From the NCBI GenBank assembly GCA_963766735.1, contig CAVYBU010000007.1, positions 160,001 through 224,000 of the forward strand: a stretch of 64,000 bases of DNA. Direction: 5' to 3'. How positions within the stretch are numbered: the first letter of the stretch is position 1; every line of letters begins with the position of its first letter. Shown here piece after piece: positions 55,878-64,000 of this stretch. The position numbers were made by a program, and so were the translations under genes. This stretch comes from an uncultured Chloroflexia bacterium. Lineage in GTDB: Bacteria > Chloroflexota > Limnocylindria > Limnocylindrales > CSP1-4. A model generated the notes under the pieces. That model saw only the letters and a program-made list of their open reading frames with translations. It searched no databases and was not told the origin of the DNA.

Positions 55878-56324
55878 TCAGGTGCGGGGACCCTCGGCCG
55901 GCTCGTCCCCCAGGGTCGGCTGGGCGACGGTGTCGTCGTCCGCGGTCGGGGTCGGGGTCTCGTCCGTGTCCGGCGTGTCGCCGTCCTCGGTCGAATCAAC
56001 GGCGCGCAGCTCTGCGGCGACCGACGAGGCTCGCTCGGCGAAGCGCTGGCCCACGTCCATGGTGACATCCGCTGCCTTCTGGGCGAACGGTCCCGCCTTG
56101 ACCGCGGCGAGGGCGGCGAGCTCGGCGGCCTTCGCGCCCACCTGTCGGGCGACCGGCGCGGCCTGCGTCGCGATGTCCTGGATCATCGTCTCGAGTTGCG
56201 TGAGCCACTCGCGCGACTTCGCACTCTCTGCGGGCTCGGCCTCCTCCGGCGGGGCGTCGGAGAGCGGCTCATCCGCCATCGGCTCGCCGGCGGGCGGGGT
56301 GGCATCCTGCGGCTGATCGGTCAT
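55878..56324 (-). CDS. Hypothetical protein (central amphipathic helix, acidic disordered ends)
   Basis: ATG 56324 after GGAGG; high GC3 codon usage; REWLTQLETMIQDIATQAAPVARQVGAKAAELAA core. Confidence 0.7.
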   Translation of the reverse strand: MTDQPQDATPPAGEPMADEPLSDAPPEEAEPAESAKSREWLTQLETMIQDIATQAAPVARQVGAKAAELAALAAVKAGPFAQKAADVTMDVGQRFAERASSVAAELRAVDSTEDGDTPDTDETPTPTADDDTVAQPTLGDEPAEGPRT

Positions 56325-56424
56325 GGTCTGCCTCCATTGGATCGTCGTCCTGCGTGTCCCCCCATTGTGCCCCCTGTGCTGGTTCGCGCATCTGCCGACG
56401 GTCCCGTCTCCAGTGCCCGATCCG

Positions 56425-59023
56425 CTACAGCAGGCTCTCCGGGTCCACGTCCACGCTCCACGGCGACCCCGGCGGCGGGTCCAGGAGGCGCACCGGGTCC
56501 GGGCCGCGCAGGACCACGTGGTAGCGCCACCGATCCGCACGCCGGGCGACGTAGGCGGGCGCGGGGCCTACCACCTGGACCTGCAGCGCCAGCTCCACGG
56601 CACGCGCCCGGAGCCTGCCGGCCATCGCGACGGCCTCGCGCTCGGCGGCTTCGCGGTCCTCCAGGCCAACGGTCAGCTTGATCAGTCGCCCGAACGGCGG
56701 CGATCCGAACCGCTCGCGCAGGGCAAGCTCCTCGTCGTAGAACGCGGCCGCGTCGCGGTCCACCACAGCTCGAATCGCCCGGTGCTCGGGCCGGTAGGTC
56801 TGGACGATGGCCAGGCCCGGTCGGTCCCCTCGACCCGCCCGCCCCACGGCCTGCGCCAGCAGCTGGTACGTGCGCTCCGAGGCGCGTTCGTCCGGGAGGT
56901 TGAGAGCAATGTCCGCCGAGACGACACCCACAAGCGTCACCTCGGGGATGTCCAGGCCCTTCGCCACGAGGCTTGTCCCCACCAGCACGTCGAGACGTCC
57001 CGACGCGAACGCGTCCAGGACGCGGTCCGCCGCGCCCTTGCGCTCCACCACGTCCCGGTCCAGGCGGCTCACGCGGAGCCGCGGGAAGCGGGCACGGAGC
57101 TCGCGCTCCACGCGCTGCGTGCCGCCGCCCAGGTACCGGATCCGCGGCGACTCGCAGGCTGGGCACCGTGACGCCAGCGGCCAGCCCCGTCCGCAGTGGT
57201 GGCAGCGCAGGGTCGCGCCCGCCTGGTGGTAGACGAGCGGCCGGTCGCAGTCCGGGCACGCCTGGACGTGCCCACAGTCCCGGCACATCACCACCGAAGC
57301 CGTGCCACGGCGGTTGATGACGAGAATTGCCCGATCGCCGGCCGCCGTGTCGAGCTCCCCGATCGCTCCCGCCAGAGCGTCCGAGAGCAACCCCCGGTTC
57401 CCCGCCGCCAGCTCCGCCCGCAGGTCCACAGCGGACACGAACGGCTCCGTCCCGGATGGGCGCACCCGGAGGACGGCGCGCCGGTACCGGCCGCTCCTGG
57501 CATGGCCCATGGTCTCCACCGACGGCGTCGCGCTGCCGAGCACGACGCACGCACCCGCGAGGTCGCCGAGCACGAGCGCCGCGTCCCGCGCCTGGAAGCG
57601 AGGCGTCCGGTCGCTCTTGTACGCGGCATCGTGCTCCTCGTCCACGATGACGAGGCCAAGGTCCGCCAGTGGCGAGAGCAACGCCGTCCTCGTCCCGACC
57701 ACGAGGTCCACGTCGCCAGCGCGGATCCGACGCCACTCGTCGGCGCGCTCCCCTTCCCCGAGCCCCGAGTGCATCACCGCGATCCGGACCGCGAGCTCCG
57801 CCCGGAGCCGGTCCACGATCGGCGTGGCGAGCGCAATCTCGGGCACCAGCAGGAGCGCCGGGCGGCCGGCGGCGAGGGAGGCCGAGATCGCCTCCACGTA
57901 GATGGCGGTCTTGCCCCCTCCGGTGACGCCGTCGAGGAGGATCGGCGTGGGATTCCGGGTGCGGATGGCCTCCAGGACCAGGAGGAGTGCTTCGTCCTGC
58001 TCCGGCGTGAGCGACGCACCGGCCGGCCGGGCGCCGCGGGATCCGACGGGCCGGCCGGCAAGCGGCCTGCGGGGGCGCTCGCGGACCTCCGTCCTGACCA
58101 GGCCGCGGCGCACCAGCCCTGCGATCGCCGCGGCGCTGTGGCGCTCCGCGGGGCCGGCGGCCGGGACGCCATCGGGGTTCTCCTCCCCGCCCGCTCGGAT
58201 TGGTGCCGGGTCGGGGTCCAGGTCGCGGATTGCCGGGTCCTCTGCGGCGGCCCCGGACGGCCGCCGCCGGGTCCGACGCCAGCTCCTCGAGCGCGGCCCG
58301 CTGCCGCGGTCCGAGTGGTCGTCCCGCCGGCCGGCCCCCCGCAGCCAGCAGCGCCGCGACACCGGCCCCGTCGTCCGTCAGCCACAGGCGTCGCTCATAG
58401 CGCGGCCCAGCCGCGGCGCCCAGGAGCGTCCATGTGAGCTCCACCAGGCCCTCGTCCTCGAGCGAGCGGAGTCGTCGGAGCAGGCCCGTCCGACCCTCCG
58501 GCGACCCCAGGTCGCGCACCAGGCGGGCGCGTCCCGCCAGCTCGTCCAGGAGGTCCAGCTCCACCGGTGGCAGCCCCGGATCCGGCAGGCCGAGACGCGA
58601 CTCCCCCGCCGGGGTCACCTCGGCCACGAGCTCCAGCCGCTCCAGGAGCCCCGGCGGCAGCATCGCGCGGATGACCGTCGCGAGGGGCGCAAGGTAGTGC
58701 TCCGCGATCCGGGCGGCGAGCGCGAGCGACAGGGGCGGCAGCAAGGGCCCGTCGCTCCGGATCCGGGCGGCCAGGGGCCGGATGGCGCCGCGCTCGGGGG
58801 CCGTGCCGGGACCCATGATGATCCCGATCGCCTGGCGCGCCCCCCGCTCGCCACGGCCGAACGGGACGAGAACGGCCTCGCCGGGCTCCAGCGGCGCGAG
58901 GGCCGGCGGGACCGCATAGGTGTACGTCCGGGGCCCGGGGCCGGCGGGCGCATCCACCGCCACCTCGACCAGCGTCATGCCGTCCACCGGCATCCCCAGG
59001 TCGAGGTTGGACTGGGACGGCAT
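56425..59023 (-). CDS. priA: Primosomal protein N' (PriA), split by an apparent +1 frameshift near 58260
   Basis: The N-terminal 3'BD (VEVAVD...TYTYAVP...VLVPFG) is in one frame; the helicase core (DGVTGGGKT, DEEH, four CxxC pairs, QAVGRAGR, VDVDP) is in another; span 2599 nt = 3n+1. Confidence 0.88.
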
Positions 59024-59027
59024 GGGG

Positions 59028-59657
59028 TCAGGTGATGCGGATCTGGCGGTCGATGTGGTGCCGCTTCTCCTGCTCCACGACCGCCTCGATCTCCGCCGCG
59101 GTCCGCTCGATCTCACCGGTCTCGTTGACCACGACCCGATCGTAGTCGCCCTGGCGCGCCAGCTCGATGGCCGCGTTGCGCTGCCGGATCTCCAGCTCGT
59201 CCGCCGTCTCCGTGGCCCGGGAGCGGAGGCGCTGGAACAGCGCTTCCAGCGAGGGCGGGACGATGAAGACGAGGAGGGCGTCCGGGACCCGCTGCTTCAC
59301 GACGCTCGCGCCCTGGACGTCGATCTTGAGGATGACGTCGTGACCCTCCGCCAGGGCGTCCGCGACCTCGCGCCGCGGCGTCCCGTACCAGTTGCCGTGG
59401 ACCTCGTTCGCCTCCAGCAGCTCGCCCGCGACGCGCAGCGCGTGGAACGCCTCCGGAGTGAGGAACTGGTAGGAGACGCCGGGGATCTCGCCGGGTCTCT
59501 GGGCTCGCGTCGTGCAGGTCACGACGTAGTGGAAGTCGGGGTTCCGGGGCCGCGCCGCCAGGGCCTCGATGATCGTGTCCTTGCCCACGCCCGACGGCCC
59601 ACTGATGATCACCAGCAGCGCCCCCGGAGCGCCGAGCAGAGCGTCAGCGTCCGTCAC
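59028..59657 (-). CDS. gmk: Guanylate kinase
   Basis: ISGPSGVGKDT, TTRAQRPGE, YGTP, IDVQGA; GTGA overlap with rluD. Confidence 0.96.
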   Translation of the reverse strand: MTDADALLGAPGALLVIISGPSGVGKDTIIEALAARPRNPDFHYVVTCTTRAQRPGEIPGVSYQFLTPEAFHALRVAGELLEANEVHGNWYGTPRREVADALAEGHDVILKIDVQGASVVKQRVPDALLVFIVPPSLEALFQRLRSRATETADELEIRQRNAAIELARQGDYDRVVVNETGEIERTAAEIEAVVEQEKRHHIDRQIRIT

Positions 59658-60733
59658 GACATCCCTCCTGCGGGCCGGCGTCCCGCCGACACCTCGCTTG
59701 CGCGCAATCCTTCGAGAACCGTCTCGAGCGAGGCGGGCAGCGGCGCTTCGACCCGCACGAGCTTGCCCGACGTGGGTGAGACCAGCTCCAGCCGCCACGC
59801 GTGCAGGAACATCCGCTCCAGCCCGTCCGGGCCCTTGCGGGCCGTTCCCGTGCCGTAGACGGTGTCCCCCGCGACGGGGTGGCCCAGGGCCGCGAGGTGG
59901 ACGCGGATCTGATGGGTGCGACCGGTGACCAGGTCCAGGTCCAGCAGCGTCCAGCCTGCGAACCGCTCGCGCACGCGGTAGCCCGTGATGGACGGGCGTC
60001 CGTCGGAAACCACGGCCATGCGCTTGCGGTCCTTGGGATCGCGCCCGATCGACGCCTCGATCCGTCCGACCGCCGCCGACACCTGGCCCTGGGCGAGCGC
60101 CAGGTACGTCTTCCGGACGCGCCGCGCCTTGAGCTGGGCCATGACGCCCGCCTGGGCTGCATCGTTGCGCGCGACGATCAGGAGACCGGACGTGTCGCGG
60201 TCCAGGCGGTGGACGATCCCGGGCCGGGCAACCCCCGCGATCCCCCCGTAGTGATCACCGCGGGCGAGGAGGGCGTTGACCAGCGTCCCCCGCCAGTGCC
60301 CGGGAGCAGGGTGCACCACCAGGCCCGACGGCTTGTCCACGATCAGCAGGTCGTCGTCCTCGTAGACAACGTGGACCTCGATCGTCGGGTCCGGTTCCAG
60401 GTGGTACGGGACCTCGGGCGGCGGAACCTCGAGCGTCACGGCACCGCCGCGAACCTCGGAGTTGGCGCGGAGGCGGCGGCCCGTGTCGTCCACGAGCAAT
60501 CCTTCGGAGATGAGCTTCTGGACGTAGGAGCGGGAGAGCCCGGTCCGGTCCGCCACGAAGCGGTCGACGCGTCGCACGATCTCGCCCTCTGGCACCTGCA
60601 GACGGCGCGGGCCGGGCGTGATCGAAGGCGGAGGCGTTTCCGTGGGAAGGACGGCGTCGAAGTCATCATCGGACCCGATCTCCCCATCCTCGAGGACGGG
60701 GTCCGGCGCGATGATCTCCTCGCTCCCGGTCAC
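59654..60733 (-). CDS. rluD: RluA/RluD family pseudouridine synthase
   Basis: S4 domain, DKPSGLVVHP, HRLDRDTSG, TGRTHQIRVH; lspA-rluD gene order. Confidence 0.93.
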   Translation of the reverse strand: MTGSEEIIAPDPVLEDGEIGSDDDFDAVLPTETPPPSITPGPRRLQVPEGEIVRRVDRFVADRTGLSRSYVQKLISEGLLVDDTGRRLRANSEVRGGAVTLEVPPPEVPYHLEPDPTIEVHVVYEDDDLLIVDKPSGLVVHPAPGHWRGTLVNALLARGDHYGGIAGVARPGIVHRLDRDTSGLLIVARNDAAQAGVMAQLKARRVRKTYLALAQGQVSAAVGRIEASIGRDPKDRKRMAVVSDGRPSITGYRVRERFAGWTLLDLDLVTGRTHQIRVHLAALGHPVAGDTVYGTGTARKGPDGLERMFLHAWRLELVSPTSGKLVRVEAPLPASLETVLEGLRASEVSAGRRPAGGMS

Positions 60734-61326
60734 TCGACGGCCCAGTCGGCGAGGCGCGGGAACACCGCCATCGCCAGCAGCAGCACGATCGCCGTGGAGA
60801 TGGCGGCGTCGGCCACGTTGTAGGTGTAGAACCGCCACCCGCCGATGCCCATGTCGACCCAGTCAACCACGGCGCCGTAGCGCAGGCGGTCCACCAGGTT
60901 GCCGAGGGCGCCGCCCAGGAGCAGGCCGAGCGCCACCGTGGTGACGAGGCCGCGCCCGGCCTTCGCGTGGTAGACACCGATCAGACCCACCACGATGATC
61001 GAGACGACGGCGAACGCGGGGCCGGATTGCGGGAGCATCCCGAACAGGATCCCGGAATTGGTCCAGTGCACGAACCGCAGCCAGCTCCCCAGGACGTCCA
61101 TGGACTCGCCGGGTACGAGGGTGGTCGTGATCCAGCTCTTCGACAACTGGTCGAGGACGACCACTCCGAGCGCGATCGCCGCGAACAGGACCCACCGTCT
61201 TCGCGATGGATGACGCCAGGCCGATGTCACGGGCGCCGGCGCCGCGTCGTCGCTGATCTCGTCGTCCCCGGGCAGGTCATCCCCGGGCAAGCCGTCGGCC
61301 AGGAGCCCCTCGCCTGAGGTGGTCAT
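60730..61326 (-). CDS. lspA: Lipoprotein signal peptidase II
   Basis: DQLSK, NSGILFG, GGALGNLVDR, VVDW, NVAD. Confidence 0.95.
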   Translation of the reverse strand: MTTSGEGLLADGLPGDDLPGDDEISDDAAPAPVTSAWRHPSRRRWVLFAAIALGVVVLDQLSKSWITTTLVPGESMDVLGSWLRFVHWTNSGILFGMLPQSGPAFAVVSIIVVGLIGVYHAKAGRGLVTTVALGLLLGGALGNLVDRLRYGAVVDWVDMGIGGWRFYTYNVADAAISTAIVLLLAMAVFPRLADWAVE

Positions 61327-64000
61327 CCGGCGGCACCAGCTCCGTCGACGGCCCGGAGGCCGATCCGCGCTTCGCCAGCCTCGAGCTTCACCACGGCCAC
61401 CGTCAGCCCCTCCGGGACCGGGTCACGGCGGATCTCGTCGACCAGGGTGTCCGCGGCAATCGCCCCGAGGTGCGCCTCCACCTCGGGGGCCAGGCCCTCC
61501 ACCCAGAGCACGATCCTGGCGTCGAGGTCCAGCTCAGCATCCTTGCGCAGGTCCTGAACGGCGCGCTGCAGCTCGCGGGCATCGCCCTCGGCACGCAGCT
61601 CCGGAGTCAGGGTCGTGTCGATGACAGCCACAAGGCCGTCGTCGTGGGCCACGGCGGTCCCCGGCCGCGGAATGGCCTGGACCTCCACCTCGTCCGGGGC
61701 CAGGGTCTCGCCGGCCAGGGTCACCGAACCGTCCTCGTTGATCACGAACCGGCCCTCGCGGGCGGCCGCCATCACCTCGGGGATCCGTGCACCAAGGCGC
61801 CGTCCCACGCGCGGCAGCAGCACCTTGACTCCCCGGTCCACGAGCTCCGACTCGTCCCCGATCAGCTCCACGATCTTGACGTTCGCCTCGGCGCGGACCA
61901 GCTCCAGGAGCGCGTCCATCTCGTCCAGCCTGCGACCCGGCAGGGCGAGCCAGAGCCGGCCCAGTGGCTGCCGCATCTTGAGCCCTGCGCTGCCGCGGAG
62001 GGTCCGCGACAGGTCCACCGCCTTGCGAGCGACCGCCATCGCGCCCTCCAGCACTTCGTCGCGGAGCGGAGCAAGCTCGCCGGCCGGCCACGGCGTCAGG
62101 TGCACGCAGTCCGGCGCTTCCGGGTCAACGTCCGCCACGAGATTCCGGTAGATCGAGTCCGACAGGAAGGGCAGGATCGGAGCGACGGTCCGGGCCAGGG
62201 CGACGAGCGCCTGGTGGAGCGTTGCGAAGGCCGAATCCCGGTCCGCGCCGGAGCCGCGCGACATCCGCCGGCGCGACAGGCGCAGGTACCAGGTGGAGAG
62301 ATCATCGATGTACGCGTCGAGCACGCGCGTCGCCGCTTCGGCGTCGTAGTCGCGAAGGAAGCCTTCGACCTGCGCGGACACCCCGGCGGCCCTGGACAGG
62401 ATCCAGCGGTCCAGCGGCGGGCGCTCGGCGACCGGCGGCACTCCCGCCCGTGGCGTCCAGTCCGCCAGGCGGGCGTAGGTAACGAAGAAGGCGTACACGT
62501 TCCACATGACCAGCAGGCCGCGGCGCGCCTCGTCCGCGGCGTGCCAGCCAAACAGGATGTTGTCGTCCGGCCGGGCAGAGGCATACATCCAGCGCATGAC
62601 GTCCACGCCCATCCGTTCGGCAGCCTCGTCGAACTCGATCGCGTTGCCCCAGCTCTTGTGCATGGGGCGCCCGTCCTCGCCGAACAGCGTGGCGTAGCCG
62701 AAGATCGTCCTGAACGGCTCCTCGCGGCGCAGGACCGTGCTCATAGCGAGCATCGCGTAGAACCAGTTGCGGAACTGGCCCGGGAAGCTCTCCGAGACGA
62801 AGTCCACCGGGAACCACTTCGCCCAGTACTCGGGGTCCTCGCGGAAGTGCAGCGTCGAGAACGGCACGATCCCCGCGTCCAGCCACGGGTTCCCCACGTC
62901 CGTGATCCGGGAGACGGGCTCTCCGCAGGACGGGCAGGCAATCTTCACCGCGTCGACGTGGGGCCTGTGCGGCGTGTGGCCCGCGAAGGCATCCCAGCCC
63001 TCGATCGCGCGGGCTGCCAGCTCCTCGCGGCCGCCGACCACGTCGAACGTCCCGCAGGCCGCGCAGTCGTAGATGGGCAGGGCCAGGCCGTAGTAGCGCT
63101 TCTTGGAGATCATCCAGTCGCGCATGTTCAGCAGCCAGTCCAGCTCCCGCTCGTAGCCGAAGCCCGGGATCCACCGGATCCGGTCCACGATCTCCATGAT
63201 CTGGTACCGGAGGCTGGCGTCCACCTCTTCCTTCGTCAGCTGGTCCCGGGGCCGGTCGTAGACCGGGCCCATGCTGATGTACCACTCGTCCACCAGCCGG
63301 AAAAGCAGCGGCGTGCTGCACCGCCAGCAGTGCGGATAGCGGTGGCTGTACGGCTCCAGGTGGTAGAAGAAGTGGCGCTGCTCGAGATCATCGATGATCG
63401 CCTCGGTGACGGCGGGTGCCTCGCGGCCCGCCAGCCAGCCGAAGGCCGGGTAGTAGCGGCCCGCCTCGTCGATCGGGCCGATGACCGGCAGCCCGGCGGC
63501 AGCTGCCAGCTGGAAGTCCTCCGCGCCACAGCCCGGCGCGATGTGCACGATCCCCGTGCCCTCTTCCTCACCGACCTCGGTCCAGGTCACCACCCGGTGT
63601 TCGTACCCGGTCTCCGCGAACGCGTCGCGGACCGCCGGCAGATCGTCGAACGGGCCCGTGTAGCGCCATCCCTCCAGCTCCGACCCGGCGCGCTCCTCCA
63701 CGACCTGGAAGGGACCCTGCAGCGCCTGCCCGAGGGCCCCCTTGCCCAGCCAGAAGTGGTCCTCGCCCTGGCGCACCTTGACGTAGCGCATGTCCGCCCC
63801 GACCGCCGCAGCAACGTTGGCAGTCAGCGTCCAGGGGGTCGTCGTCCAGACCAGGAGTGACTCACCTGGGCGATCCAGCAGCGGGAACCGGACCGTCAGC
63901 CCCGGGTCCTCGCGGTCCTGGTAGCCCTCGTTCATCTCCATCTGGGACAGTCCGGTGCCGCACCGCGGGCACCACGGCATCGTGTCGTGGCCGCGATAGA
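61323..64000 (-). CDS. ileS: Isoleucyl-tRNA synthetase, class-2 type (5' end lies outside the window)
   Basis: WTTTPWT, GTGIVHIAP, DWMISKKRYYG, WLDAGIVPF, PMHKSWGN; C-terminus IDTTLTPELRAEG.ARE without the type-1 zinc finger. Confidence 0.95.
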   Translation of the reverse strand, partial: YRGHDTMPWCPRCGTGLSQMEMNEGYQDREDPGLTVRFPLLDRPGESLLVWTTTPWTLTANVAAAVGADMRYVKVRQGEDHFWLGKGALGQALQGPFQVVEERAGSELEGWRYTGPFDDLPAVRDAFAETGYEHRVVTWTEVGEEEGTGIVHIAPGCGAEDFQLAAAAGLPVIGPIDEAGRYYPAFGWLAGREAPAVTEAIIDDLEQRHFFYHLEPYSHRYPHCWRCSTPLLFRLVDEWYISMGPVYDRPRDQLTKEEVDASLRYQIMEIVDRIRWIPGFGYERELDWLLNMRDWMISKKRYYGLALPIYDCAACGTFDVVGGREELAARAIEGWDAFAGHTPHRPHVDAVKIACPSCGEPVSRITDVGNPWLDAGIVPFSTLHFREDPEYWAKWFPVDFVSESFPGQFRNWFYAMLAMSTVLRREEPFRTIFGYATLFGEDGRPMHKSWGNAIEFDEAAERMGVDVMRWMYASARPDDNILFGWHAADEARRGLLVMWNVYAFFVTYARLADWTPRAGVPPVAERPPLDRWILSRAAGVSAQVEGFLRDYDAEAATRVLDAYIDDLSTWYLRLSRRRMSRGSGADRDSAFATLHQALVALARTVAPILPFLSDSIYRNLVADVDPEAPDCVHLTPWPAGELAPLRDEVLEGAMAVARKAVDLSRTLRGSAGLKMRQPLGRLWLALPGRRLDEMDALLELVRAEANVKIVELIGDESELVDRGVKVLLPRVGRRLGARIPEVMAAAREGRFVINEDGSVTLAGETLAPDEVEVQAIPRPGTAVAHDDGLVAVIDTTLTPELRAEGDARELQRAVQDLRKDAELDLDARIVLWVEGLAPEVEAHLGAIAADTLVDEIRRDPVPEGLTVAVVKLEAGEARIGLRAVDGAGAAG

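Noticed and set aside
56321-58250. 931-aa ORF 56321-59116 as a novel PriA-N fusion protein
   Set aside because: Beyond about 58260 it is Arg/Pro/Gly-rich off-frame translation overlapping the real PriA helicase frame.
1-64000. tRNA, rRNA, IS elements, prophage or defence genes
   Set aside because: Intergenic gaps are short, none showed a cloverleaf/T-loop pattern, and no transposase, integrase or phage-like ORF was recognised; a covariance-model scan was not possible.

Overview
A very GC-rich bacterial chromosomal segment made up almost entirely of housekeeping genes. About 60 CDS lie on the minus strand and only rpmB, an MFS transporter and a GNAT gene lie on the plus strand. The gene content and order suggest a high-GC Chloroflexota lineage; this is an inference, not a database result. 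Reading the minus strand from the right end: ileS(partial)-lspA-rluD-gmk-priA(frameshifted)-hyp-def-fmt-rlmN-rpe-dtd | rpmB(+) | asp23-fakA-recG-rsmD-coaD-sepIVA-like-yceD-rpmF-plsX-asp23-nusB-acpP-rnc-smc-ftsY | MFS(+) | ffh-DUF3352-like-rpsP-khpA-rimM-trmD-rplS | GNAT(+) | rnhB-yraN-rpsB-tsf-pyrH-frr-uppS-cdsA-dxr-rseP-ispG-nusA-ylxR-infB-rbfA-nrnA-truB-ribF-(ASPIC/UnbV remnant)-rpsO-pnp-asd-udg-rnj-ftsK-rodZ(partial). No rRNA, tRNA, CRISPR array or mobile element was seen. The most striking feature is an 861-aa PNPase with a complete DnaQ-like DEDDh 3'-5' exonuclease domain (D258/E260/D341/H394/D399) inserted in frame between its two RNase PH domains, which would give a phosphorolytic and a hydrolytic nuclease in one chain. 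Other observations: two genes apparently starting at CTG, sliding-clamp-like motifs on UDG, RNase HII and possibly PriA, an RNase HII lacking the GRG motif, a frameshifted priA, a RibF without a recognisable kinase module, several probable leaderless genes, and a variant class-2 IleRS (PMHKS).
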